Source: a candidate division WWE3 bacterium UBA1401
GTDB lineage: Bacteria > Patescibacteriota > WWE3 > UBA101185 > UBA10185
Assembly (NCBI GenBank): GCA_002305115.1
Contig: DBQF01000001.1
Location: forward strand, 92,447-156,446
Length of the DNA: 64,000 bases
Direction: 5' to 3'
The notes below the pieces were generated by a model. It did no database searches. It was not told where the DNA came from and saw only the letters and a program-made list of their open reading frames with translations. The position numbers and the translations under genes are program-made. The first letter of the stretch is position 1. Every line of letters begins with the position of its first letter. Shown here in pieces: positions 52,857 through 62,999 of the stretch.

Positions 52857-54406
52857 CTGACTTTTGGTGTGTGATAAAGGTCTTTCATTTTCTTACCAAG
52901 GAGCATTCTGGTTTGTGCATCCACAAAGGGAATAAATGAATAGGTTAATAAGTTGACTATGACTAAAAAGCCTTCCAGGAATCCTAAAGTCTTGCGCCAA
53001 AACGGCCAATTTTCAGGCATGGGTTTGGCGATCTTAGATCTATAGATGGCATTGGGTATAAGAAAAACCATAGTAAGTGTAAGTATATAACTCATCATAT
53101 CTGGTAGGCTATAAGCAAAGCTACTTTGCTTTAGATCGGGGTTTATTCTGGTGGCAAAGCCGAATCCGAAGGTGATTAAGAACACAATGTTTATAAGCAT
53201 TACTCTGGTTTTGAAGTGGTCATATATCCATACTAGTTTCTTGCTTAGGGCTACCTTAGTATCAAGTAAGAATCTTTCCACAGAAAACGGCACTTCTATT
53301 ACTCCCCAGCCCCATCTTAATAACTGTTTATACAAACTCTTGTAAGATGTCCAGTATGTGTCTCCTTCTACTGCATCTGCTGAATACGGAATATAGTGAG
53401 TTGCCAGCTTAAAGTCTCCGTTTCTAATAAAAAATGCCCTCCAGAAGAATATCGTATCGTCAACACCTAACGATACATCCCAATAACATGCGTCGATAAG
53501 TGTTTGGAGTGAGACAGAGTAAGCAGCAAATGTGTCTTTTGTACTTTCAGAAATGCCCCATGGTAAGCTTCTGCTTGATAAAGTCCCAAGAGTTACAAAG
53601 TTTGCCTCAATTCGCATCATGGCAGGTACTTTCCAGTGGTTATTGTTAAATAAGTGAACCGCTGTGGCATAAAAGTGATGATCTCTTTTGTCAATTGTTA
53701 AATATAGATGTGCTAGCCTGGCCAAATAGTTTTTGTTTGGTACATGATCTGCATCAAAGGTAGTGAAAATATAGTTACGCAAATTTTCTCCTTGCTGTGT
53801 TAATTCTTCTACCGCGTGTTTTGCCCCCCAGGTTCTATTAGCGGCACCCGCTCCTATGGCTTCTCCCGGGATACCAGCGGGGTGTATGTAGATTAATACT
53901 CGTTCAAACTTATCTTTTCTGTCACCAAGAATATTTAAGATAGTCTTTTTTGTTTGTTCTGCGTACTTTTCTTCTAGGGTATACACCAGAGTTATCTTAT
54001 CTGTAGGAAAAGTCTGATTTAGCAAAGCTTCCAACGGTTCTCGTAACACTGCTTCAGGCTCGTTTACTGCTGGAATTAAAACCAGGTGTTTTGTTTCTTG
54101 TAAAGATGGAGGCAAGGTCATCTTTTCCGGTAACTGGTCAAAATCTAATTCTTGGCACTTTTGCCACCAGTCGGTAGCCATTTCCCTTTTATATTTGGGA
54201 AAGCCTAATACTAGACCCAAGGTGTGCCTAATAGCCATGTAAGACCAATATACCGTCAAAAAAGTAAGCATGTAAATAACTGCAGGTGGGTACAATAATC
54301 CAAGCCAGATTGGAGATAACATCATCGTCCAGGTCAGTAATCCCGGCAGCATTTCCAGCGCCCTATGTACTAATTTTGGGTTATTCTTAATTAATTTTTC
54401 TACCAC
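52853..54406 (-). CDS. processive family-2 glycosyltransferase (cellulose/chitin synthase-like) with TM helices
   Basis: 517 aa with a DxD motif (FDADH) and a QxxRW motif (QLLRWGWG), plus N- and C-terminal TM helices. Confidence 0.7.
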   Translation of the reverse strand: MVEKLIKNNPKLVHRALEMLPGLLTWTMMLSPIWLGLLYPPAVIYMLTFLTVYWSYMAIRHTLGLVLGFPKYKREMATDWWQKCQELDFDQLPEKMTLPPSLQETKHLVLIPAVNEPEAVLREPLEALLNQTFPTDKITLVYTLEEKYAEQTKKTILNILGDRKDKFERVLIYIHPAGIPGEAIGAGAANRTWGAKHAVEELTQQGENLRNYIFTTFDADHVPNKNYLARLAHLYLTIDKRDHHFYATAVHLFNNNHWKVPAMMRIEANFVTLGTLSSRSLPWGISESTKDTFAAYSVSLQTLIDACYWDVSLGVDDTIFFWRAFFIRNGDFKLATHYIPYSADAVEGDTYWTSYKSLYKQLLRWGWGVIEVPFSVERFLLDTKVALSKKLVWIYDHFKTRVMLINIVFLITFGFGFATRINPDLKQSSFAYSLPDMMSYILTLTMVFLIPNAIYRSKIAKPMPENWPFWRKTLGFLEGFLVIVNLLTYSFIPFVDAQTRMLLGKKMKDLYHTPKVR

Positions 54407-54430
54407 GGTTGCAGATTATACTATAGCGGA

Positions 54431-55198
54431 CTACAGGGTTAAAACCGCGCACGTATTTTGATAGGCATGTGTGCTAACTATATCAATGGGCAAGCTTTTT
54501 ATTTCCGCTACTTTCTCCGCCACAATTTTAACATTTTTTGGTTCGTTAACCTGTCCACGCATGCCTTGCGGTGGTAAGTAGGGTGCGTCTGTTTCCAGTA
54601 CAAACTTGTCTAGTGGCACTTGTTTCACAGTTTCAAGTAGTTCTTTTCTGGAAGGATAGGTGATAAATGCAGAAAATGAAATATAAAAGCCCAGCTCTAG
54701 TATGTTCCTGGCAAATTCCCATGAAGATGAGAAGCAATGCAAGATACCAGGTTGCGGTTTATGTTTGCGTAACATCGCTAGTATGTGGTTATCACCATTT
54801 CGGTTGTGAATAGTCAGCGGCAATTTGACCTTTTTAGCTAACTCAATCTGAGCCTCGAATAGCTCTAGCTGTTCTGCTAAAGGCCTGCCGTTTGCCCGTT
54901 TCGAAATGTCTATGCCACATTCTCCTATTGCTACAACTTTTTCCTGTCTGGTTAGTTCTTCTAGTCTTGGCATGAGGTTATTTATTTTAGTTTTCCTGTT
55001 TTCGTGTGGATATACACCTACAGTAGCATAAACTTCCCTAAATAATTGTGCTGTTGTTATTGCTTCCTTACTACTGGTTAACGAGGTGCCAATATTTATA
55101 AATTTGGCAACCCCAACTTTTTTTGCATCACTAACTAGAGTTTGTACATCTTTTGCATATCTGTTGTCTTTTAAATGACAGTGTGAATCGATAAGCAT
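54431..55198 (-). CDS. tatD: TatD-family metal-dependent hydrolase (DNase)
   Basis: 255 aa with an N-terminal MLIDSHCHL motif and conserved His/Glu/Asp positions. Confidence 0.85.
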   Translation of the reverse strand: MLIDSHCHLKDNRYAKDVQTLVSDAKKVGVAKFINIGTSLTSSKEAITTAQLFREVYATVGVYPHENRKTKINNLMPRLEELTRQEKVVAIGECGIDISKRANGRPLAEQLELFEAQIELAKKVKLPLTIHNRNGDNHILAMLRKHKPQPGILHCFSSSWEFARNILELGFYISFSAFITYPSRKELLETVKQVPLDKFVLETDAPYLPPQGMRGQVNEPKNVKIVAEKVAEIKSLPIDIVSTHAYQNTCAVLTL

Positions 55199-55200
55199 AT

Positions 55201-56865
55201 TTATTTTCTTCTAAACATCTTTTCCAGGTCTCCCAATTGCACTTTGATTATAGAGGGCCTGCCGTGTGGACAAGTATACCTGGTTTTTGTTTGTGCCAGT
55301 TTCTTTATAAGTCTTTTTCTTTCTGTTTTAGTTAGTTTTACACCCGCCTTTATAGCACTTCTACACGCGAGATAAGATACAGCTGCTAAAGAGTGGTCAT
55401 TTATAGTTGTGTGTTTAGTGCCGCTTCGAACATCTGCCAGAAAACTTTCCAGTACACTTGGCAGTTCCTGATCTTGTAGAAATGTTGGTACTGCACTTAT
55501 CCTAACAATGTTTGTTCCAAACATATCTATATCAAAACCTAGCTGAGTGAGCAGGTCTAGATGTTCTTGGATAAGAGTACTATCTGTAGACGTAAGTTCT
55601 ACCAGCTCTGGGGTAGTAAGCTGCACTTTAGCGTTGTGTACCTTACTGGTTAAGCTTTCCACCAACTGTTCGTATAAAATTTTTTCATGCGCGGCATGCT
55701 GATCTACTAAGATTATGCCGTCTTTTGCTGGTGTAACAAGATAGGTATTAGCTATTTGAATAATGTCATCCTCATCATAATCAAAAACATCCCACAGCTC
55801 TACCGAATCCTTTAGTGTTTGATAGGTATAAGTAGAAAACGCCGGGTTGCCCGAAAAATCCGTTGTATACATTAAATCGTACTGGTTAAGTGTTTTGGCT
55901 ACGGTTTTTGCGACCAGTTCTGTTATTGCTGATTTGTTAACAAACCGTACTTCTTCTTTTCTAGGGTGTACGTTCACATCTACCATGCCAAAAGGCGCTT
56001 CCACAAATAATACTATTACAGGGTGTTCGCCGTTGCTAAGAAGTGTTTGATAAGTGTGTTCAATATAGGAAGTTAATTCGCAAGTTTTAACATAGCGGTT
56101 ATTTATAAATACAAACTGCTTAGTTTTACTCTTGTAAGTGACCTGTGGTTTTGAAATAAAGCCCCACAACTTGTAGTGAACTGTGTTTTCTGATATAGGC
56201 AATAAGTTAGCAAACACTTGTTTTCCCAGCACTGCCCGCACTCTGTCTTCTGCTGTCTGGAAGTTAGGCAACTCTAAAACGGGTTTCTTATTATGTATTA
56301 GGGAAAAGCCTACTTGCGGGTTTGCTAATGCGTTTGCTGTAACCACATCACTTATGTGTACCAGCTCCGTTTTTGTACTTGTTAGGCTGTGTTTTCGGGC
56401 GGGGGTGTTGTAAAAAATATTTGCCACGGTAACATCTGTTCCTGTCCGCATGCCCACCGGTTTTTCGTTTATAACTACACCTTTTTGTACTTGAACTTCT
56501 GTCCCTACAAGAGCATCTATAGTTTTACTTTTAATTGATAATGTACTTACAGCTGCAATACTGGAAAGTGCCTCTCCTCTAAAACCTAAAGTTTTGATAG
56601 CTTCCAGGTCCTCTAGTGCTAGAACTTTACTTGTGGTGTGAGGCTCAATGCTAAGTTTTATATCTGTGGCATCCATACCGATACCATTATCGGTTACTCT
56701 TATTTTGGATATGCCCGCATTTTCTACTTCAACCTTAATGTTTGTGGCCTGCGCATCTAATGCGTTGTCTATAAGTTCTTTTACTACCGACGCGGGTCTT
56801 TCTATCACTTCACCTGCCGCGGTCCTAGCTATTATTTCCGGTGGCAGTCTGACTATTTTTCCCAT
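55201..56865 (-). CDS. mutL: DNA mismatch repair protein MutL
   Basis: 554 aa with the GHKL ATPase N-terminal motifs (ELIDNALDA, DNGIGM) and a C-terminal dimerisation domain. Confidence 0.85.
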   Translation of the reverse strand: MGKIVRLPPEIIARTAAGEVIERPASVVKELIDNALDAQATNIKVEVENAGISKIRVTDNGIGMDATDIKLSIEPHTTSKVLALEDLEAIKTLGFRGEALSSIAAVSTLSIKSKTIDALVGTEVQVQKGVVINEKPVGMRTGTDVTVANIFYNTPARKHSLTSTKTELVHISDVVTANALANPQVGFSLIHNKKPVLELPNFQTAEDRVRAVLGKQVFANLLPISENTVHYKLWGFISKPQVTYKSKTKQFVFINNRYVKTCELTSYIEHTYQTLLSNGEHPVIVLFVEAPFGMVDVNVHPRKEEVRFVNKSAITELVAKTVAKTLNQYDLMYTTDFSGNPAFSTYTYQTLKDSVELWDVFDYDEDDIIQIANTYLVTPAKDGIILVDQHAAHEKILYEQLVESLTSKVHNAKVQLTTPELVELTSTDSTLIQEHLDLLTQLGFDIDMFGTNIVRISAVPTFLQDQELPSVLESFLADVRSGTKHTTINDHSLAAVSYLACRSAIKAGVKLTKTERKRLIKKLAQTKTRYTCPHGRPSIIKVQLGDLEKMFRRK

Positions 56866-57008
56866 ATCACTAATGTATCACGAAATGGTTTTACAATTGA
56901 TCTTTAGATGAGTTTATGATACCTTTAGGCCTGATATAGCAGATAGTTAGTTTGTTTTGGTGGGCCGAAGTCCCACCTTTTTAGGCTAATTGGAGTAAAA
57001 TATAAAGT

Positions 57009-58130
57009 ATGGCAATAACAGAATTTAGTGCAGCACTAAACCAGGTAGCTACTGAAAGAGGTATTCCGGTAGAAAGTGTACTGGAATCTATTAAAGTGGC
57101 TCTAGTTTCTGCCTATAAAAAAGACTATGGCAAAGATGACACTGATGTAGTAGCAGAAATCAATCCGGAGACGGGTGAGGCCCGTATTCTTAAAGATAGT
57201 AAAGATGTAACACCGTCAGGATTTGGCAGAATAGCCGCGCAAACGGCTAAGCAAGTTATTCTCCAAAATATCAGGGAAACCGAAAAAGAAGTGATCTTTG
57301 ATGAATATAAAGACAGGGTTGGTACTATTGTTAGTGGTCATATCTTCAGAGTTGATGGTGACACCATTGTTTTAGACTTAGGTAAGGCACATGGAATATT
57401 ACTACCTTCCGAAAAAGTTGAAACTGAAGACTATAGGGTAAATCAAAGGTTAAAGGTGCTGATAAAGGAAGTTAGGGAAGGTTCTAAGGGTCCGGAAATT
57501 ATTGTCTCCCGAGCAGATCCTCAATTTATTGTGAAGTTATTTGAACAAGAAGTTCCGGAAATTGCCTCAGGTATTGTAAAGATAGAAGCTGTAGCCAGAG
57601 AGGCTGGGTCTAGAACCAAAATTGCTGTTTCATCTACAGATGAAAAAATAGACCCGGTGGGCAGCTGTGTTGGTAGAAAGGGTGTGCGTGTGCAGTCTAT
57701 AATATCCGAAATATTTGGCGAAAAGATTGATATTATTCCTTTTTCGCCTGTTATAGATAAATTTATTGCTGCAAGCCTATCCCCTGCCAGAGTTACCGAG
57801 GTAGAACTTATTGGTGAAGAAAAGCGCGCTGTAGTTTCCGTGCCGGAGGATCAGCAAAGTTTAGCTATTGGTAAGGCTGGCCAGAACGCCAGGCTCGCTA
57901 ATAAACTTACCAGATGGAAAATCGATATTAAGGGTGCTGCAGGGTTCTTCGATGAAGTGGCTGAAACGCCCGAGCAGGAAGAAAAGAAAGCTGTTGTGGG
58001 AGTTTGGGATGCAGCAATAAAGGAACAAAAACATGAAGAGAAAGAACCTGTCGAGCAACCTGCTGAAACTGACGAGTCTGCTAAGGAAGTTTCACAGGAA
58101 GAACCTCAGGAAGCACCAGAAGAAGCCTAA
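57009..58130 (+). CDS. nusA: transcription termination/antitermination factor NusA
   Basis: 373 aa with an N-terminal domain, an S1 domain and two KH domains, followed by an acidic C-terminal tail. It sits upstream of infB, which is the conserved order. Confidence 0.9.
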   Translation: MAITEFSAALNQVATERGIPVESVLESIKVALVSAYKKDYGKDDTDVVAEINPETGEARILKDSKDVTPSGFGRIAAQTAKQVILQNIRETEKEVIFDEYKDRVGTIVSGHIFRVDGDTIVLDLGKAHGILLPSEKVETEDYRVNQRLKVLIKEVREGSKGPEIIVSRADPQFIVKLFEQEVPEIASGIVKIEAVAREAGSRTKIAVSSTDEKIDPVGSCVGRKGVRVQSIISEIFGEKIDIIPFSPVIDKFIAASLSPARVTEVELIGEEKRAVVSVPEDQQSLAIGKAGQNARLANKLTRWKIDIKGAAGFFDEVAETPEQEEKKAVVGVWDAAIKEQKHEEKEPVEQPAETDESAKEVSQEEPQEAPEEA

Positions 58131-58160
58131 CACAAGAATGCGAAGAGGAGTTTTAAATTT

Positions 58161-59648
58161 ATGGCAAATAATGAAGCAACTACAACTGAAGAATTACGTG
58201 CGCCTATTGTTACAGTTATGGGGCATGTCGACCACGGTAAAACCAGCATTCTTGATGCTATTAGAAAGACCAATGTTCAGGCTAAGGAATATGGTGGTAT
58301 AACTCAGCATATTGGTGCCTATCAAATAAGTTATTCCGATAAAAAAATTACCTTTATAGACACACCAGGTCATGCGGCTTTTACTCAGATGCGCGCCAGG
58401 GGCGGTAGGGCTGCGGATATTGTGGTTTTAGTTGTGGCAGCAGATGATGGCGTTATGCCACAGACTAAAGAGGCCATAGCCCATATCAAGGCCAATAAGG
58501 CTCCGGTTATTGTGGCCATTAATAAGATAGATCTCCCTGGGTCAGATCCGCAAAAAGTGAAGCAGCAGCTTGCTCAAGAAAACATTCTGGTTGAAGATTG
58601 GGGAGGTGATATTGTAAGTGTAGAGCTTTCTGCTAAAACCGGTCAAAATTTGGATAAATTGTTAGATGCAATCTTAGTGGTAGCAGAGCTAGAGCAATTA
58701 AAAGCTAACCCTAAAGGTGAGTTAGAAGCTGTCATTATTGAATCTAGGCTAGACAGAAAAAGGGGTGCAGTTGTTGCGGCTATAGTTAAAAGTGGTACCT
58801 TGCGTGTAGGTGATAAGGTTTCAGCAAGTGGTTATAGTGCAAAGGTAAGATCACTAATGGATGACAAGGGCAAGATGCTTAAAGAGGTTGGTCCATCCAC
58901 TCCGGTAGAGATTCTAGGTTTTAAGGAAGTGCCTAATGTAGGTGATTTGTTAGTGGAAGAAGGTAGCGACTTAGCTCAGCTGGCTGTAGACGAGCAGCGG
59001 GTTGAGATTGTTGGGCAGGATACTAAGCAAAGTATTGCTGTAATTATTAAGGCGGATACCCAAGGTACACTTGAAGCTGTTAAAGCAAGCTTGGCGGATT
59101 TGGTTGCTTCTTCTGTAGGTGCTACTTTTTCCTTGAAATTCCTCCATGCTTCTACAGGTGATGTGACAGATTCAGACATTTTGTTGGCTCAAAGCGCCAA
59201 GGGCATTGTTTTGGGTTTTGATGTACGTATCACTCCATCTGCAGCCGACTTGGCAGATAATGTGAAAGTTAAGTATAAAGTATACAAGACAATCTATGAG
59301 CTTATTGATGACGCTAAAGAGCTTTTGGAAGGGTCTGCACATAAAGAAGAGGAAAAGATTAAGGGTAGAGCCCAGGTGCTGCAGACGTTTAAGTTGCCTT
59401 CCGGTGATATTGTTGCGGGGTCTAAAGTTTTGGCAGGTGCATTGAAGGAGGGTAGTAGGGTGGCGATTTACGATAAGAATCCTGCTGACCTTACCGATGA
59501 AGACGTACCTTTGTATAGAGGTGTCGTTAAGAATCTGAAGAAGGGTAAGGATGAGGTGAAGTTGGTTGGTAAGGATGTTGAGTGTGGTGTTTTACTCAAA
59601 CCGCAGTTTGATGATATTGCAAAGGGTATGTTCATTGAAGTCTTATAA
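58161..59648 (+). CDS. infB: translation initiation factor IF-2 (short form, 495 aa)
   Basis: G domain motifs GHVDHGKT, DTPGH and NKID, followed by beta-barrel domains. The long N-terminal region of typical bacterial IF-2 is absent. Confidence 0.9.
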   Translation: MANNEATTTEELRAPIVTVMGHVDHGKTSILDAIRKTNVQAKEYGGITQHIGAYQISYSDKKITFIDTPGHAAFTQMRARGGRAADIVVLVVAADDGVMPQTKEAIAHIKANKAPVIVAINKIDLPGSDPQKVKQQLAQENILVEDWGGDIVSVELSAKTGQNLDKLLDAILVVAELEQLKANPKGELEAVIIESRLDRKRGAVVAAIVKSGTLRVGDKVSASGYSAKVRSLMDDKGKMLKEVGPSTPVEILGFKEVPNVGDLLVEEGSDLAQLAVDEQRVEIVGQDTKQSIAVIIKADTQGTLEAVKASLADLVASSVGATFSLKFLHASTGDVTDSDILLAQSAKGIVLGFDVRITPSAADLADNVKVKYKVYKTIYELIDDAKELLEGSAHKEEEKIKGRAQVLQTFKLPSGDIVAGSKVLAGALKEGSRVAIYDKNPADLTDEDVPLYRGVVKNLKKGKDEVKLVGKDVECGVLLKPQFDDIAKGMFIEVL

Positions 59649-59763
59649 CCTATTTTAAGTTTGTCTGCAGATAGGCAGGTTTGTCCCACTATGTCAAATT
59701 TCCATTAAAGTTTTTGAGGATGACCCTCGGTTTTTATACAGGGGTTGCAAAGACCCTCTAGTA

Positions 59764-60462
59764 ATGCTACAATCGCCCGTTCTTATGGAAGATACAAAAC
59801 CAGATAAAAAAATACAAGGCCTGGAGCTGCAGAATTTGATAAACAACGCTCATAGAGTGGCGGTGGTACCATCTAAATTTACCGGTGTTGATTCATTCTG
59901 CGCGGCGCTTGGCTTATATCATTTGCTACTTCAGAAGGGCAAACACACCTCTTTTATATATTCAGGTAACATTCCGAAAGTACTTGAAAACTTTGATCTT
60001 ATTTCTCCCGAAGAAATGGAAGCAAACACCGGAGATCGCAGTTTAGTAGTGTCTATCGATTATTCCGATACCCCTGCCGCTAACGTTCAATACTCTAATG
60101 AGGACAATGTATTGGAGCTAATTGTTTCGCCTGTAACCAAAGATTTTGATATTTCCGAACGACTAAAAGCAAAAGTTACCGGATTTAAATTTGACTTGGT
60201 TATTACAGTTGGACTGCAGGCTCTTACAGATTTGGGTTCTGTTTACGAAAACTTACGTGAGGAGCTTTCCCAAACAAGGCTGGTTAACCTGGACAATACA
60301 GGTAGCAATACTGGTTTCGGATATGTTAATATTGTCGACACATCAAAGGATAATTTAAGTCAGCTAGTGTTTGACTTAGCAGTAACTTTAGGTATATCGC
60401 CTAATATAAAATCGGCAAAAGCGTTGCTTATAGGAATGACCTATCGGGAACCTACTAATTAG
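59764..60462 (+). CDS. DHH-phosphoesterase-like (NrnA-like) protein with degenerate catalytic motifs
   Basis: 232 aa. The layout resembles the N-terminal DHH domain of NrnA, but the DHH and Asp motifs are replaced (VVPSKFTGVDSF; LDNTGSN). It occupies the rbfA/truB position between infB and rpsO. Confidence 0.4.
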   Translation: MLQSPVLMEDTKPDKKIQGLELQNLINNAHRVAVVPSKFTGVDSFCAALGLYHLLLQKGKHTSFIYSGNIPKVLENFDLISPEEMEANTGDRSLVVSIDYSDTPAANVQYSNEDNVLELIVSPVTKDFDISERLKAKVTGFKFDLVITVGLQALTDLGSVYENLREELSQTRLVNLDNTGSNTGFGYVNIVDTSKDNLSQLVFDLAVTLGISPNIKSAKALLIGMTYREPTN

Positions 60463-60501
60463 TTGATATACTAGTATTTCTTTGTTAAAATAGCGAGGTC
60501 T

Positions 60502-60759
60502 ATGAAGGAAAAATCTACAATTATAAATGAATATAGGATACACGACTCAGACACTGGGTCCCCTGAAGTACAGATTGCTCTACTGTCCGATAGAATTAAT
60601 AAGCTTTCCGAGCATCTAAAAACTCACAAAAAAGACAACCATTCCAGAAGAGGACTGCTCCAGTTAGTTGGTAAGAGAAGAAGACTTCTTGCTTACTTAA
60701 AAGAAAAAGACACGGAGAGATATAATAGTATTGTTGAAAAGTTAGAATTAAGTGGTTAA
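60502..60759 (+). CDS. rpsO: 30S ribosomal protein S15
   Basis: 85 aa containing [48 protein letters not shown], a near-canonical S15 sequence. Confidence 0.9.
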   Translation: MKEKSTIINEYRIHDSDTGSPEVQIALLSDRINKLSEHLKTHKKDNHSRRGLLQLVGKRRRLLAYLKEKDTERYNSIVEKLELSG

Positions 60760-60877
60760 TTAAGGTTGGTTTGGCTTTCATCAGATTATCTGTTAAGGAT
60801 GAAATATTGCGCATACTGTGCCCAGTATTGCATCTTTTAACTCTAATCTCCTGACGTCCAAGTACCACCTAAAATAA

Positions 60878-62986
60878 ATGAATAAATATGTAAAAAAAGA
60901 AACAATGTTTGCCGGTAGGAAATTAATACTTGAAACCGGAGAGCTTGCTATGCAGGCTAATATGGCTGTTAAAGCAACATACGGTGATACAGTTGTGCTG
61001 GTTACTGCTACAACTGGGCCGCAGAACCCGGACATAGACTTTTTCCCGTTAACAGTAGTTTATGAGGAAAAATTGTATGCTAGTGGTTCTATAAAAACTT
61101 CCAGATTTGTCAAAAGAGAAGGCCGCCCGACCGATGAAGCAACTATTACTAAAAGGCTGATAGATCATGCTATCAGACCGTTATTTCCGTCTGATTATAT
61201 GGATGAAGTACAAGTTGTGGTTACTGTTCTATCTTTAGATGAAACCGCAGATCCGGAATTCATCAGCATGCTTGGTGTATCAGCTTGTTTAATGGCCTCC
61301 GATATTCCTTGGACTGGCCCTATGACTTCCGCCAGAGTGGGGTTTGTAGAAAATGATTATATGCTTAATCCATCCAGGGAAATTCTTCATACTTCAGAAC
61401 TTGATATGATGATTTCCTTCGTAGGTGAAGACAGAAAATACCTAGCTTTGGAAGCGGAAGCAGATGTTATTCCAGAAGAGCGAATTTTAGGCGGTATTGA
61501 ATTTGCCCGCAACAGTTTAGAGCCATTAGTTGGCTTTATTAATGACTTCGCTTCTGAGATAAACTCTGATGGTAAGAAGTATGTTTATGTATCTAAAGCT
61601 TTAGATGAAACAATGGTACGGGAAGTTAGCGCTGAGATAAAAGCCCCCATAATGGACATGCTCAAAAAAGGTTTGGAAAAGACTGAATCTAAAGAACTTC
61701 AGAGCAATCTGCTGGAAAAACTATTTGTAAAGTTTGAAGGTAAGTATAAGAAGACTGATTTGGTCAGGGCTTTTGCGGAGGTTGAGAAAGACGCGCTTCA
61801 GTCTTTAATCTTAGATGAAGGTGTCAGACCTGATGGTAGAGGACTAACCGATGTAAGGCCAATAACCTCACAAGTAGGGCTTTTGCCCAGAACTCATGGC
61901 AGTGCGTTGTTTACCCGAGGTTTAACTCAGATTTTAACTGTAGCGACCTTAGGCTCACCTTCACTAGAACTACTTATTCAAGATATGTATGGAGAAAGGG
62001 CAAAGAGGTATATTCACTTTTATAACTTCCCTCCATACTCTGTTGGCGAAACCGGCAGGTTTGGTGGCCCTGGCTCTAGAGAGATCGGTCATGGTATGTT
62101 GGCAGAAAAGGCTTTAAGACCGGTCGTCCCTGACCAGAAAGAATTCCCGTACACTATAGTGCTTACTTCGGAAACACTTTCTTCTAGTGGCTCAAGCTCT
62201 ATGGCTGCTACTTGTGGTTCAACACTTGCCCTGATGGATGCGGGGGTGCCTATTAAAGATATGGTTGGGGGCATTGGGGTGGGCCTAATAGTTAACGATG
62301 ATATGAGCAAATACCTGATTCTTACAGATTTGGCCTATATGGAAGATGCTTTCGGATTTTTAGATTTTAAAATGACAGGTACTAGAGCAGGCGTAACAGC
62401 TATTCAGTCTGATATGAAGCTTCCTGGTATTCCGTTTGAGCTTTTGCCCAAGATTTTTGAACAATCTAAAGAGGCCAGAATGAAAGTATTAGACGAAATG
62501 GAAAAAACCATTGCGCAGCCCAAAACTACTGTTTCGCAATATGCGCCAAAAATGGTTACTCTAAACATTGACCCAGACAAGATTGGTGTGGTTATTGGGG
62601 GTGGCGGTAAGACTATTAGGGAATTACAGGAAAGATTTAAGGTGGAGATCAATATCGAAGAAGATGGTACTGTGGTAATTTCTTCGCAAAATACTGAGGA
62701 TGCCCAGAAAGCTATGGAAACAGTGCGCGGTATGACGAAAGAAGTTGAAATTGGTGAAATTTACGAAGGTACTGTAGTAGATATTGCAGACTTTGGTGCT
62801 TTCGTGGAAATTTTACCTGGCAAAACAGGCTTGGTTCATATTAGTGAACTTGCCAATAAATATGTTGAAGACGTTACCGACATTGTACAAGTTGGCGATG
62901 TTATTCAGGTTAAGGTAATTGGTAAAGGTGAAGGAAAGATTAGCCTTTCCAAGAAAGCTCTTGAGCAGTCTTCAGGTAAAAAGTAG
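60878..62986 (+). CDS. pnp: polyribonucleotide nucleotidyltransferase (PNPase)
   Basis: 702 aa with two RNase PH domains and C-terminal KH and S1 domains. It follows rpsO, which is the conserved order. Confidence 0.9.
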   Translation: MNKYVKKETMFAGRKLILETGELAMQANMAVKATYGDTVVLVTATTGPQNPDIDFFPLTVVYEEKLYASGSIKTSRFVKREGRPTDEATITKRLIDHAIRPLFPSDYMDEVQVVVTVLSLDETADPEFISMLGVSACLMASDIPWTGPMTSARVGFVENDYMLNPSREILHTSELDMMISFVGEDRKYLALEAEADVIPEERILGGIEFARNSLEPLVGFINDFASEINSDGKKYVYVSKALDETMVREVSAEIKAPIMDMLKKGLEKTESKELQSNLLEKLFVKFEGKYKKTDLVRAFAEVEKDALQSLILDEGVRPDGRGLTDVRPITSQVGLLPRTHGSALFTRGLTQILTVATLGSPSLELLIQDMYGERAKRYIHFYNFPPYSVGETGRFGGPGSREIGHGMLAEKALRPVVPDQKEFPYTIVLTSETLSSSGSSSMAATCGSTLALMDAGVPIKDMVGGIGVGLIVNDDMSKYLILTDLAYMEDAFGFLDFKMTGTRAGVTAIQSDMKLPGIPFELLPKIFEQSKEARMKVLDEMEKTIAQPKTTVSQYAPKMVTLNIDPDKIGVVIGGGGKTIRELQERFKVEINIEEDGTVVISSQNTEDAQKAMETVRGMTKEVEIGEIYEGTVVDIADFGAFVEILPGKTGLVHISELANKYVEDVTDIVQVGDVIQVKVIGKGEGKISLSKKALEQSSGKK

Positions 62987-62999
62987 TGTACAATAAGCC

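Noticed and set aside
58033-58302. 89-aa K/R-rich ORF overlapping the 3' end of nusA and the start of infB
   Set aside because: It is the out-of-frame translation of the nusA acidic C-terminal tail (GAA/GAG-rich DNA read as AAG/AAA). It has no SD and overlaps two well-supported genes.
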